Shown: piece after piece, positions 1 through 12,684 of the stretch
Layout: each line of letters begins with the position of its first letter
Position numbering within the stretch: position 1 is the stretch's first letter
Translations under genes and position numbers: made by a program
The notes under the pieces: generated by a model
The model's input: only the letters and a program-made list of their open reading frames with translations
Told to the model about the DNA's origin: nothing
Databases searched by the model: none
From: Saccostrea cucullata
Lineage: Eukaryota
Assembly (NCBI RefSeq): GCF_032062105.1
Contig: NW_026921687.1
Coordinates: 1 to 64,000 of the forward strand
DNA: 64,000 nucleotides
Reading direction: 5' to 3'

Positions 1-15
1 CCTTTAATTTAAGAA

Positions 16-51
16 TTCTATCAAATCAAAGTACTGAGGGATCATATGAGA
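16..51. repeat. DIRS internal complementary region (or right ITR), complementary to the left terminus at 11126-11162
   Basis: ttctatcaaatcaaagtactgagggatcatat (16-47) is the reverse complement of atatgatccctcagtactttgatttgatagaa (11131-11162). Confidence 0.85.
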
Positions 52-147
52 TTTCAGAGCTGATGTATTTGTCTATGCATAAATAATTAAAGTAAGAGTA
101 GAACTAAAGAACATTCCATTTATTTACATTCTTCATATCGAATTTAA

Positions 148-233
148 TCAAGTAACACTTTTTAAAATACTTTTATTAAACTGTGCAGATGTCTGTATCG
201 GTTTGTTATAAAACCTTTGAAAAGTACTAGCGT
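148..233 (-). pseudogene. Displaced C-terminal piece of the DIRS tyrosine recombinase (NASTFQRFYNKP...SVT*), including the putative catalytic Tyr
   Basis: After removing the LINE and one TSD copy, ...EKAGWS continues in frame as NASTFQRFYNKPIQTSAQFNKSILKSVT*. Tyr codon at 208-210, TGA at 148-150. Confidence 0.9.
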
Positions 234-530
234 TCGACCAGCCAGCTTTTTTTTTTTTTTTTTTTTTATTGCCCCATCACATGTCCAAGTATATAATAGT
301 GCCAGGGTTGGGGCCCTGGGTTCACTAAGTAACATACATAATACACATATATATTACACAATCATAATGTGACAGGACATTTTTTTCACATATCATTCAC
401 ACACCTTTCGCTACATAACATGCATATGATTATATTTATAATAATATTTAACAACTAAAATCTTAATATAATCAGTAAAAAGTTGATGTACATCTGTAAC
501 TGCATTGTTTTTTCAAATATATTAATCATA

Positions 531-3500
531 TTAAAACATTATCAAATTCCATCGTTTTTTAAAACTGTCCATTTCCCCATTTTTCTTATAGATATATTTT
601 TCACAATTAAAATAATACATAACCTCTTGTTTGACCCTCTCAAAAGATGGTACACATTTTTTGCATCTATTTCTATAAATATGTTTTTTTATTATACATA
701 CTACTAAATTAAATATATTGTTATATTTATAATGTTTTCCCAACAAAACATCAACTTTGTTTAGAGATATATCAACTCCAAACTGTTCTTTCATCCAATC
801 CAGTACATTTTCCCAAATTTCTGCAACACACTCGCATTCCCAAAAAAGATGACAAAGTGTCTCTGGGTGTTTCTTACAAAAACTACATAAATCTGAGTCA
901 GTAACACCAATTTTGTGTAAATATGTATTTGTAGTAAAATTCTATGTACAATTCTATAGTGGAACCATCTTAACTGTATATCATTTGTTATGTTAAAAAA
1001 CAGAATGTTTTGTTTTTTCCACCAAAATTCATCAACATTAAGTTCTAAAATGTTTTCCCATTTCATTTCACTTTTTGGTTTTTTGTATTTCTGACTAATA
1101 AAAACATCATAGATATCTCTTGCACCTTGTTTGCTTTTTGTTATTGTTTGTAAGAATTTTGGGAAGAAAGGTTGATTTCTTTGAATTATATTATGATCAT
1201 AATTCAACTGTAATTTTCTAATACAATTTGTTATGCCTAAAAACATTGTAAAAGGTGTTTTTAAATCATATTGTTTACAAAAGTCTTGGTATCCTAACAA
1301 AGTCCCATTTGTATCATAAAAATCAAAAACAAATTGTATACCTTATCTCAGCCATGACTTATAACAAACACTTCTGTTGTTTATACATATTGATGGATTA
1401 TACCATATGGGACTTAAAATAGATGTTTGATCATCAATACATAATCTCAAATCCAACAATGCTGAAAAAACATCATTCCAGAAAACATTTTCCGTATCTT
1501 TCTTAAGTTTTTTTGAAAAATCCCTACCAAAGATAACTAAATATTTAATGTCAGGAATTAAATCTTTTAGCAATTCTTTCCAGGCTGATTTACATGAACT
1601 ATCAAACAATCTGCGAATCCATGTAATTTTTAAACTTTTACAAAATGAATCAAGACATGTCATTCTCATACCACCGTTTTCATAACTTTGGCATATAATA
1701 TTTTTAGCCACCCTAGCCGTTTTGGTATTCCAGATATAATGAAAAAATATAGCTTCAATTTCTTTGAGTTTTTCTTTAGAAGGGCTCGGTAAACTAATTA
1801 ATAAGTGACTAAATTTAGGCAAAAGCAAGGTTTTTACTACTGTTATACGACCTGCCGTTGATAAATGTCTTCTAGACCATGATGATATAAGCTTTTTGAC
1901 AGAATCAATCTTTGGCAAAAAATTCAAATCAAACATAGTGTTTGTGTCTAGATCTACACAGTATGCTATACCTAACACTGTAAATGGTTCCTGTGACCAC
2001 ATCAAGTTTTGATATTTATCACACAAGTTATCATCAGTATGAACAGTAGATCCAATCCTAATACATTGAGTTTTATCATAATTTGGCTTCAGTCCAGAGA
2101 ATTTGGAATACTGATTGACTAAAGACAAAGCTGATCTAATTGAGTCTTCTGAACCATCCATTAATAAAACTGTATCATCAGCATATTGTAGTAGTTTATA
2201 TTCTTTATCTTCAATAACAATGCCCTTTATTAATTTATTATTTCTAATCATAATTCCCATTATTTCTGCACATAGTAGGAACAAGTAAGGTGAAATTGGG
2301 TCACCTTGCCTACAACCTCGTCCCATTTGGAAAAATTCAGAAAAAATACCATTTTGAATAACACATAACTTAGGTTCTCTAAACAAAATCTTTATCCATT
2401 TTAAAAAATTCTCACCAAAATTAAAAAATCTGAGTACTTTAAAAATAAATCTCCAAGAAATAGAGTCAAATGCTTTCTCAAAGTCAATCAATAAAACAAG
2501 ACCTGAATGATCATTCTCTTTACAATAATGTATGATGTCATATAATAACCTTGAGTTTTCACCAATATATCTACCAGCAAGAAACCCTTTTTGATTTTCA
2601 TGTATTACTTTTGACAGAATTGGTTTCATTCGATTTGCTAAGACACTAGATAAGAGTTTATATGTAATGTTCAATAATGTAATTGGTCGCCAATTTTTTA
2701 ATTGTTCCCTTGGCTTATTGCCTTTTGGTAGAATAGAAATAATTCCAAGCATCTGAGTATAAGATAATTGACCTACTTCATAGCTGTAATTAAAGGATTT
2801 GAGAATATATGAATTAATATCTGTCCAAAAAAACTTGAAAAATTCTGCTGTAAAACCGTCAGTTCCAGGTGTTTTGTCGTTCTTAAAATTTTTAAGAGCT
2901 TGAAGTATTTCTTGTTTTGTAATTTCAGCATTTAAAATGTTTTTCATATCATTATTTATTTTAGGAACCTCAAAGTTTTGGAATAAGTCTTCAAGATTTA
3001 CATCATCAAGCTCCTGATCTTTGTTTTCATATAATTTTTTGTAAAAGTTCCTTACTTCTTCTAAGATATCTGCTTGCTTATTTACATATTTACCATCATT
3101 ATTGATTAAATTGCTAATATTTTTATTGACATAATTTCTTTTTTCTAAGGCAAAAAAATATTTTGTAGGTTTCTCCCCATCTTCTATCCATTTACAATGA
3201 CTTCTTAACAATAGCCCCTTCAATTCATATTTTCTAATTTCCTCTAATTCTGTCTCAAGGTCACTTATCATATCTAGATAAATTGACAAAGGGTAATTAT
3301 TATACATATCATGTAAAATTCTAAGTTGATTTCCAATCTTTGCTTTGTGATCCCTCCTTTCTCGGGTCAAATTTGCAGATAATTGTATTGCCATATCCCT
3401 TATTTTCATTAATAGAACATCAAGAAAAAGATTATCTGGTATTCCTAACATTGATTCATCAATACGATATTCATTATCCGTTTCCCTTATAATTTTTTTA

Positions 3501-4297
3501 ACATTTGTCACAAATTCTTTGTTTCTCAATAAGGAATTGTTAAAACGCCAGAATCCCTTTCCACGTTTAAATTCATTAATAGTAATATCTAATTCTATGA
3601 TAGAGTGATCAGTCCTATAGCCCGGCATCATGTGAACATCATTTATAATTGATAAGAGTTCCTCTGATACTAAAAAAAAGTCAAGTCTAGCCTGTTTTAC
3701 TGGGTTCTTCCTACTCCATGTATATTTTTTAGCATCTGGGTTTTTGATTCTCCAAGGATCTACTAAATTGAATTTTGATTTTAATTTTTCAATTTCAAGT
3801 TTATTTTTGGGATTGTTTTCTCTAACATAATTGTAACAGTCTAACTGGTAATCTTGTACTACATTCCAGTCTCCACACATAATTATAAAGTCAGTATCAA
3901 AAAAATCATCCATTTTATCACTTATTTCTGCATAAAATTTAGGATTATCTTTATTGTGACCATATAAATTAACCAAAGTGATTGAGTACTTGTTATCCAC
4001 CATTATATTTGATATAATGAAATTCCCCTCATTATCACTATAAACTTTAGAAATTTTTATTTCATTTGTGTTATTAAAAAGGGTTAAAGTCCCTCTTGCA
4101 TCTGATTTTCCTGAGCTGATGAGTATGTCATTACCCCATTGGGCATAAACTGAATTTTTCTCTAATTCTGTACAGTGGGTGTCTTGTAAACAATAAATAG
4201 ATGATTTAAAATTTCTTAAATAGTTTAGGACATCCTTTCTTTTCATAGAATCATGTAAACCTCTGCAGTTTACAGAAGTAATTTTTAACTTAGTCAT
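531..4297 (-). pseudogene. LINE ORF2 (APE endonuclease, RT, C-terminal Cys/His zinc knuckle) with one nonsense codon and one frameshift
   Basis: NCRGL, LQDTH, GDWN, RLDFFL, TDH (EN); GCRQGDPISP, QYADD (RT). In-frame TAA at 1343-1345 reads on into ORF 791-1300; a frameshift near 935 restores CSFC..ETLCHLFWEC and leads into ORF 531-794. Confidence 0.93.
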
Positions 4298-5024
4298 AGA
4301 TTACACTACACAGTTGAATAAAGGCAAAAAAATATGCATGTTGCATACTCTCCATTCTTTCACACATATATCAAAAATGAAAAATACTTCCTGTATGGTA
4401 ACAAAACAAATCAAGAAAATTCACGTATTACATCGCATTGGGTCTTTTTAATTTAACTTAGCCACCTAAATAAGATAGTGAACCGTAGTTCTCTCATAGA
4501 AAAAATAATAATATATACAAGCTCCTCTAAGAACTTCTACCAGTAATCTTTGTAATCTTTGTTGAAATTTAGTTATTTATTACATTAAAAAGAAAAAACC
4601 AATATGTCCCCATGTAATTTATACAGCAAACCATAAGCTGCCAAACAAATATATATCCTGAGACATACTACATGTAGATATGTTACAAGTTATCAACTAT
4701 GACATAACACAGTAGTTCACAGATAACGATACCAAAAATTCTCAATATTTTACAAGTTATTAACAACTAAGGCATAACTCTGAATTTTACAGATATCATC
4801 CAAAGCTCAAAACACTGGTATTTTACTTTTAAACATCTGCAGCATACCTTAGTATATCTTTCTAATAGCATCTAAAACATACATGTACTTATTATTTGAC
4901 AAATAAACAACACGATACCAACTGTAGCATAACTCAGCACTTTACAGATATACAAAACCTTCACCATATCATACTCCTACAACCTGTCATCTCCTGCAAA
5001 TAATCTTGTTCTTATCTAGATCAA

Positions 5025-5804
5025 TTAGAAGGAATCACTAAAAGCGAGCCATTCTTTTTCTCCTTTTTGTCGATACTCCAGAATCACATCGTCTTTCGTT
5101 TCACGGATTCGCGTCTTCATTCCTGATTTCCTGAGTTCATATGCCTTTTGAGCCAGCTCTGCCCTCTTTCTCTTCAAATGCACGGGTAGATCTGTTCGTA
5201 TTGCATAGCCTTTCGGTAGGGTAGTGTTTCTGGCATGATTTAGTATCATATTACGGTCCTCCATAAGAACGAATTTAACAATGACTGCTTCTGGTGCTTC
5301 AGGTTTGTAACTGCTGTTGGGGTTTTTTGGAACCCTATGAGAGTTTTTAATCATTATAGACTCTGCTGTTGACATGCCCAATTTTTCACTCAAAAATTTC
5401 ACAATAACCTCGTTTGAAACTTCATTCTCTGCTTTAGGAATGCCATAAAATAAGAGGTTGTATTTCCGAGATCTTAACTCTTGGTATGTAATATGATCTT
5501 GCAGTTCTTTTAAAGAAGCCTCAAGAAGGCTTACCTTTTTACTTTGGGGTTGTATAACCTCTGTGTTTAGCTTTTCTAAATCAGTTAATCGGTCATCTTG
5601 GTTTTGAAGCGCTGTTTTCATATCAGTTATCTCCTCCTTAATAACGATCAGCGTTTCCTCTACTTTTTTGTCAAGCGCAGTAAGCCTCTCGTTCATTGAA
5701 CTCTCCAACTTCTGTATTAGATTAGAGAAAAGTTCCTTTAACTCTTTATTTGACACCTCATCATTTTGCGCACTCTCCTTCTCCGTATCTTTTCTCTTCG
5801 GCAT
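5025..5804 (-). CDS. LINE ORF1 (coiled coil plus L1-type RRM/CTD)
   Basis: Likely start MPKRK at 5804 (upstream in-frame ATG at 5861); coiled coil, ELRSRKYNLLFYGIP, HRV...VIVKF, IRTDLP motifs. Confidence 0.88.
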   Translation of the reverse strand: MPKRKDTEKESAQNDEVSNKELKELFSNLIQKLESSMNERLTALDKKVEETLIVIKEEITDMKTALQNQDDRLTDLEKLNTEVIQPQSKKVSLLEASLKELQDHITYQELRSRKYNLLFYGIPKAENEVSNEVIVKFLSEKLGMSTAESIMIKNSHRVPKNPNSSYKPEAPEAVIVKFVLMEDRNMILNHARNTTLPKGYAIRTDLPVHLKRKRAELAQKAYELRKSGMKTRIRETKDDVILEYRQKGEKEWLAFSDSF

Positions 5805-6036
5805 CTTGCACGAGCTTCCCGAATATCCTTGTGCAAAGTAGTGACTTACAGTCTGTTGCATTTAACAAAGAGGAAAATACCTGAAATTCACCTAAAACAC
5901 GAATGTCTTCACGTAATTAAGAAAACTATCTGCAATGCCTCGTATCAAATATTAATGTTCACTTAGGAAAACAGAAAAAACGACCCTCTGCTCCTTCTCA
6001 CTTCACGCCATTTGCGCAGCCACACCGGAAGTCCCC

Positions 6037-7060
6037 TCGACCAGCCAGCTTTCTCCATGATAATGTCTATTGGTACTCCTGCTTTATGAGCGGCACTAGT
6101 AGCAGCTGCCCGTGTTGAATGTGGGCAAAACTTAGATATGTCTATCCCCGACATTTCCATTGTATCACGTATCCATCTACTTATGGTATCTCTGCTAACA
6201 CCCTTATGAGGTTTCATAGTACTGACAAACAATTTCTTATCTTGTCTTATAAATTTTGTTCTTTCTAAATAGTCACATAGTGTCCTCACAATACACAGTT
6301 CCTTTTCTACATACATTAGAAACTTAACATTATTTACATGCTTTCCTGGTTTGGAAGTTTTTAACAAAGAACTATATCTAATTTCTACATGATCATTTCC
6401 TACAACTACATCATCAACAGTTAACAAATGTAATGTTTGCCCTCTTTGACCAGTCAATAAAGCTAATAACATAAGAGTTTTACATGACAGAAGTTTCAAA
6501 GACAATTCTGAAAGTGGAAATAATGTTTTCAAATAATTTATAACTATTGACACATCCCATGTGCAGCTATACTTTGGTAATGTTGGTCGTTTGACAAAAA
6601 CACCTTTTAAATATCTTTTAATTAGAGTATGAGATCCAAAGTTTTCTTTACCACACAGTGAAAGTAATGATGATACAGCAGATCTTGCTGTATTGATTGC
6701 ACTATATGACAATTTTTGGTCAAACAAAGTTTGTAAAAAACAAAGAAAATTATTTACAGTTGGATTAAATGAATCAATTTTCCCTGAATCACAAAATTGC
6801 AACCATCGTTTGATATAACTCCAGTATTGTCTTTGAGAAGATTTCCTCCAGGAGTTGAAAATGACCACGGCAAGGTCTTCCGATATTCCTCTGTCCTGAA
6901 GAAGTTTCCGGACAACGGAAAACATCCCATCTTCAGCTTTGGAATCCTGTGTTGTCTGTTCGGATCTGTTGGCAATGTAAGGATGTTTTTGTTGTTCAGA
7001 AGGTAAGGTTGCAGATAAATCATTTTCAGAAGTGCTGGAAACCACGCTTGTGTGGGCCAC
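6037..7060 (-). pseudogene. DIRS tyrosine recombinase (main part), interrupted by the LINE
   Basis: SWRKSS..QY, INTARSA, LTGQRGQ (catalytic R), HSTRAAATS (HxxR), AGWS. Residues after WS in the computed ORF derive from the LINE 5' UTR. Confidence 0.92.
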
Positions 7061-9410
7061 AGTGGTGCTATCACTACTGCATTTGTTTTGTCCTGCTGAA
7101 TTTTCTGCAATACTTTCCCCAGCATACTGAAAGGAGGAAAAATATAAAATTTGTCATTTTTCCAAGGAAAAGAAAATGCATCAACACCAATAGCTTCGGG
7201 TCCGGGAGAAAGGACACATATCTATCAAGTTGATGATTTAATCTGGATGCAAACAAGTCAATTCCATTTTTTAAGTTAAATATTTGACATATACTGTCAA
7301 AAACAGTCTCGTTCAGTTTCCACTCTAAATCATCATTAATAGTGCGTGACAGTCTATCTGCTTCTACATTGTCAACACCAGGAATATGAGAGGCGCTTAT
7401 CCAAATGTTTCTTGCTATACACCAAAACCAGATATCCCTAGCTAACAAATTGAGTTCAGGAATTCTGCCCCCCATGTTGTTTATATAATGCATAGCCACC
7501 ATGTTGTCCAATCTAACTTGTATATGTGTGTTTTCTGATGTGCTACAAAATGTCTTAATGCTCAGAAACACAGCTTTAAGTTCTAGATAGTTAATGTGAT
7601 AAAGCTTTTCTTCATATGACCAATTTCCACCAGTCTTCTTGCCAGACTTGATTTCACAACCTCCCCATCCTTTTTGAGAACTATCTGTTTCTAAAATAAT
7701 GTCTACATTAGGAATTAGGATGGCCTTTGAACTTGTGCAAATATTATCACTAGTGCTGTGCGATATTACCGGTTAACCGGTGTATCCCGATTTCGTTCTT
7801 CACAATACGTATCGCGGTATTTTTTTGTAAATACCGGTTCGGGTTCGATATGCTATTAATTGTTACAAAAAGAGTTATTTGCCCTTTCCAAGGTAAAATA
7901 TGGCGGCAAGGAACGTGACGTTTGATCGGAAACCAGAGACATGTCTGTCAGAGATGAAAAGACAACAACTGTTACATGAAAGCCCTTCATGTTAAAGCAG
8001 AATCTGAATATTACAACTTGATTCTTAAAGTTTTGCCACAAAAAAACTTAGCTTGCCACTTGCGTACACAAAACGCGATCAGGCAGTTGCAATGTCAACT
8101 CGAGAATACATGTAATTTCAGTTTGTGTTTTCATTTAACATTGATGAAAATCAAAATTTATTTAAAAATTTATATTGTGATATACTGCAATACAAAATAT
8201 AATATTGCAATATATCGCGATACGATTTTTCAGCCGCGATACCCAGCTCTAATTATCACACCACCATGAAATGTCCTTAATAGATTCAACGGTCAAAAGA
8301 ATCTTTTTGTCAAAATCTCCTCTATTTTGTCGTAACATATTATCTTTGAAAATTTCAAGATTTCTGTATCGTAGAGGTGCATGTTGGACAGCTGGTGAAG
8401 CCGCAACCATTTTTCCAATAAGCTGCGCCAACTCTCTTATCACGATTTCATGTTTGATAATAAATTTAGACCCTAGATCCTTTATATCTTTTGCTTTGTC
8501 TTGCAATAAAGAAACGATCATTTTCTTAGAATTTATGAGAAATCCTAAAAATGCTATTTCTTGCACAGGCTCAACAACAGATTTGGTAGGATGAATAGTA
8601 AATCCTAAATTGTCAAGTAATGTTGATGTACTTCCTATATTTTGAGCACAATGTTCAAAACTATCACCTAACAATAAAATGTCATCTATATATGGTACAC
8701 TTTCAAATCCTTGTTTTCTCAATGTACTAAAAACTGGTTTTAAAAGTTTTGTAAACACACGTGGGGCAGAAGATAATCCATTAGGTAAAGAAGTGTATTG
8801 AAAACACTGATTTCTCCATATGAATTTTAAGAATTTTCTGTCTGCGGAATATATTGGTACAGAATAGTAGGCATCTTTTAAGTCTACCGAGGCCAACCAA
8901 CAATCTTGCTTTACTAAACACAAAGCACTTTTTATTGTTTCCATTTTGAAGTGGTGATATTCTACATCCTTGTTCAAATCTTGTAAATTTAGAATTAATC
9001 TAAAAGTTCCATCATGTTTTTTCCTAGTAAAAATGTTTGAAATGAAGTCATTTTCCATTCTTTCTGTCTTTTCAATCACTTTTTTGTCAAGGAGTTTTTG
9101 AATTTCTGTATCAATGACAATCATTTCTTCTGGAGAGAACCTTATTTGATGAGGAACCCTATCTTGCAAAGGAGACTGTATTAAGTCAAGTTGATATCCT
9201 AGTACAGTTTTAAGAATTTTCCTATCTGATGTTAATTCCTTCCATTTGTCAATATAAGAACAAATTTTTCCACCATAGAAATTTTCAGGTGTGTTATGAA
9301 ATTTTTCAAGAATGTTGCATTTTTCCTCACTATTAACTGTACTTACAGAATGGTCAAGATGAGCTATGTCTGTGATTGTTGGTTGAGTAGAATTGTCTAC
9401 TTCTTCTGTT
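6754..9410 (-). pseudogene. DIRS pol: RT, RNase H and DNA N6-adenine-methyltransferase-like domain; split by a hAT MITE and by a frameshift at ~7197
   Basis: RT: DLKDAY, LPNGLSSAPRVFTK, YIDDI. Excising 7751-8259 joins WWCDN to ICTSS...ETDSSQKGWG...HINYLELKAV (RNase H). MT: DLFASRLN, then after the shift VDAF...YIFPPF...APLWPTQAWFP. The frame overlaps the gag end with no ATG near its start. Confidence 0.9.
7751..8251. mobile_element. Non-autonomous hAT-type MITE (501 bp), 8-bp TSD ATTATCAC
   Basis: attatcac at 7743-7750 and 8252-8259; imperfect TIRs TAGTGCTGTG / TAGAGCTGGG; removal restores the pol frame. Confidence 0.9.
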
Positions 9411-10866
9411 GGGTTTGAGGTGGTCTCCTGCCCCTGCCTTTCCCTAAAAAAGACCCATTGTTGTTTTGGTCATATTTGTAGGAATGGGAGTAGGTGCCAT
9501 GTGTCTGGGGTTTTCCACTAAATCTGTAGCCAGATCCATAAGATTTCTGATGGCTTCCCTGATTTTTTCCTGCAGATGACCCTTGAAAACTGTATCCTTG
9601 GAGTTTTTTGCTCACTTTCTTCGAGGTATCAATTTTCTTGATTTTTTCATCTACGTTGTCCCCGAAGAGGAATTCTGTGACCTTGTTCGAATCATTGCAC
9701 AGAGGTTTATAACTCTGTTTCAATTCTGGCCGGATTAAATATCTCCGTTTGTGAGATAAATCTGTAAAAGCTAATTGCAACAATTTTACTGTGTCTTGTG
9801 CTAGTTCAAGGCATTCCTTCATATCTGTGGCTTCAGATGTTTTTGATTTTCTTGCCGAAATCAATTTATCTAACAGTCTGCAAGCAGGGCTCAAAGCTTT
9901 TAACACAATTGTTTGGGATTTTTAAATTTTAAAATCTATTGACTGAGCCTTTTTCTTTAAGGATGGCCATATTTCTTCATTGATACGGGGCACCGTCATG
10001 TTAGAGCAGTTTTTGGGTCTGTTGTGTTTTTCACACAAATTTTTTTTTTTTGCCTTGTCTTCAGATGGTCTTACTTGGAAATTTGTGTTGATAACTTTTG
10101 CTAACTCAGCACTTAGAGCTGGTCCTGTTTTGTCATCTTTTACCATAAACTCTTCTAATGATTCCAAGAAATCCTCTTCATCCTTGTCCTCGTCTTTGTC
10201 CTTTTGCACTTTGGATATCAGGTCATCAAGAGTTTCTTCGTCATCATTGTCCGATGTAAGTTCATCAGGCTCATTTGCGACCTGAAAACACAATTATCCA
10301 TGTAAACTACATCATATTATCTTTCAGTGTTAGATCTCTCAATAACAGAGTTTTTAATCTGATTTTATTTATAATATTGTTTTGAATATTGCCTTTCTAT
10401 TTTAATTGTGAAATTTTTTGGCTGCACAACTACTGCTGAAAATATTGTTTTATGCCAGAATGGTAATACGTGCCTTGCGTTTCTTAGAAACAGGCTGTTC
10501 AGTGGTATTAACCAATGGTCTTTGTCGCATGAGATGATTAAGTATACTTTGGTTTTGAAAAAACAGTTTTTTCCATTGCACATGATCATCATCATCGTCT
10601 TCGTCCATGGGCGCAGCCATATTTGTTTGGCGCAGGGCATTCTGGGTCTTCTGGGCGTCCATCAACATCGATGGCGGGAAAGCAGGCGGAGCTCCGCCCA
10701 CTACACAATCACTCTGAACAGTTTGAACTGTTTCTTCTCTTGCAGCTTCAGGCACAACAATGGACAAGAATTGATTTCTGTCATTATGGGATTGAACTCC
10801 CGCAACCAAACTGTCGAAGACAGCATCGCTATTCAAACGATTAGGTTCATTGGCCAAGTTCGCCAT
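9397..10866 (-). pseudogene. DIRS gag-like ORF1 with an in-frame stop at 9922-9924 and an AT-rich interruption at 10282-10473
   Basis: ATG at 10866; RPKNCSNMTVPRINEEIW, RRYLIRPEL..Y..LC, FLFGD motifs; the three computed ORFs are in the same frame. Confidence 0.8.
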
Positions 10867-12684
10867 TGTTAGTAAACAATGCACTCGTTAAGGGTCAAAG
10901 ATTTTGACCCAAAACACAAGCAAACGAAGGTGAAATGACACGAAGTGTCAAAATAAACAAAAACTTCGTATTGCTATAGCTGAAAATACAGCATTATCAG
11001 TTCGATAAACACTATAAATAATCCAAAATTGACTGAAAATCCTTGTCGAAAAAATAACGTGTCTTGTTTGGAATCGCGTTACACTAAGCACTGATTGGTT
11101 GAATGGAATCACGTGACCTAAGTCATCTCAATATGATCCCTCAGTACTTTGATTTGATAGAAGAAAGTTTTAAGTCCCTGTGCGTTTCTGCGGAGCTAAC
11201 AATTTAAATAAAAATATTCAACATCATATCGCCGGCGTTTTAATATCAAACAAAGATTTCTCAATGTTGAGGAAAAAGCACAATAATCGTAAAATTCAAT
11301 TTTATAAATAATGGGGTAAATATTTCATCCAATCCTGATTGACAAACTCTGATGTAACTGAAGTGCGGAGAAAATTAGTAGGAGTGTAAGGCATAGTCTA
11401 AATAAAAACAAAGACCACGTTGTAAATAAACAATTTTACTTTCTCTTTTTAAAACAGGATCTGCTGTATTAATTTGAAATGAAATGTATATCTAAACACT
11501 TCCTATGGATATTTTTCAAAAATCTGATGAAATATTGATTTCTTAAAAGCAAAGAAAATTAAGACATGTTGGTCTAGGAAACTAGGATAGAGCGCGTTTT
11601 ACAATGTGCCAAACATTTTCCCGCCACATCTCAACACCAAAACAGAAGAAGTGTAGCGGTGGATCTTGAAGGAGTTGGGGGAGGGGGGGTTAACCTCCTA
11701 TAAGAGAGAGCGAGGAGCCCCACATGTTAAATATTTGTTGCGTTTTTATTAATCAAACTATAGCTTAGTTTAAACTTTAGTTTTGTACTTTTAATGTAAA
11801 AACTACTTAAACAGCAAGTTGTACCAAACTGAGTGCAGAGACTCAGAGGACTATTGCATAGTTTATATTGCCTATACATATAAAACTGTACATGCATTAT
11901 GCAATCGGCATTGTCGCATGCATTTTTTTTCATGTCATGAGGATATTTTAACAGATAAATATAAAAAAAAATTTAAACAGCAAATTTCAGTTTCTGAAGT
12001 GTTATATAAATGTATTTTGTGTATTATGTGTTTTTTCTAGGCGTGTCTAAATACCTTCATTAAAATAAGTGTAAAAATTTGCTGAAATTAGCACGTTTTA
12101 AAAATGCAAATATTTGCGTTATATAGGCAATGGAAATTGGGATTTTTCCCCCCTCTTCCCCCGCCCTTTCGATTTGCTTCTGACGCCCATGATTTCAAAA
12201 TTTTGCGTTGCGGACAAACAGAGAGATAGACAGACACGACAAAAACTATATAATCCCCAAAACTTCATTTACGGGGGAATAAAAACGGGAAATGAATAAA
12301 TATATGATCGGAAAATCGGACGAATGAATAAAATTCGAATATTATAAGAACAAGCTATCAATTTCTTTCAATTCCATTGCTTATCCAATCAAATTACCTG
12401 AGATATTATCTGCGGAAGTGAAATTCCGCTCCCTTGCTTTGAGTTGCCAAAGACGCTTTCAGCTTCAAGAGTTATCTGCAAGATTAATATTTGGGGGAAT
12501 GAAGAGAAGATATTTGAAGTAGACTTTTGTGAATCTTAATCAGATGTTTGTTACCATGAAAGTTATACATATTTACCGTGATAGAGAAACGAAAGAAATT
12601 CTGATCATTATATGATGACATGTAAATATTTTTTTTGTGTTTACAACTTACACATGATAGTTGAGGTTTGGTAAAAAATTAAAG

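Larger units (their letters stand above)
247..6036 (-). mobile_element. Full-length L1/Tx1-clade non-LTR retrotransposon with poly(A) tail and 16-bp TSD
   Basis: T21 tract at 247-267; TSD tcgaccagccagcttt at 234-249 and 6037-6052; 5' end GGGGACTTCCGGTGTGG...AAATGGCG; ORF1 and EN-RT ORF2 present. Confidence 0.95.
1..11166 (-). mobile_element. DIRS1-type tyrosine-recombinase retrotransposon (gag, RT-RNaseH-methyltransferase, YR); 3' end runs off the window; disrupted by two nested insertions
   Basis: Ordered - strand ORFs gag (10866-9397), RT/RH/MT (~9410-6754) and overlapping YR (7060-6037 + 233-148). The 5' end begins TTTCTTCTATCAAATC at ~11166, and 11131-11162 is the exact reverse complement of 16-47 (ITR/ICR pair). 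Confidence 0.93.

Noticed and set aside
5963-6036. C-terminal tail RGLPVWLRKW... of the computed 365-aa recombinase ORF
   Set aside because: It is read-through into the LINE 5' UTR; the true C-terminus is at 148-233.
9338-9350. GTAAGT near the start of DIRS pol as a splice donor
   Set aside because: No matching acceptor could be supported from the sequence alone.
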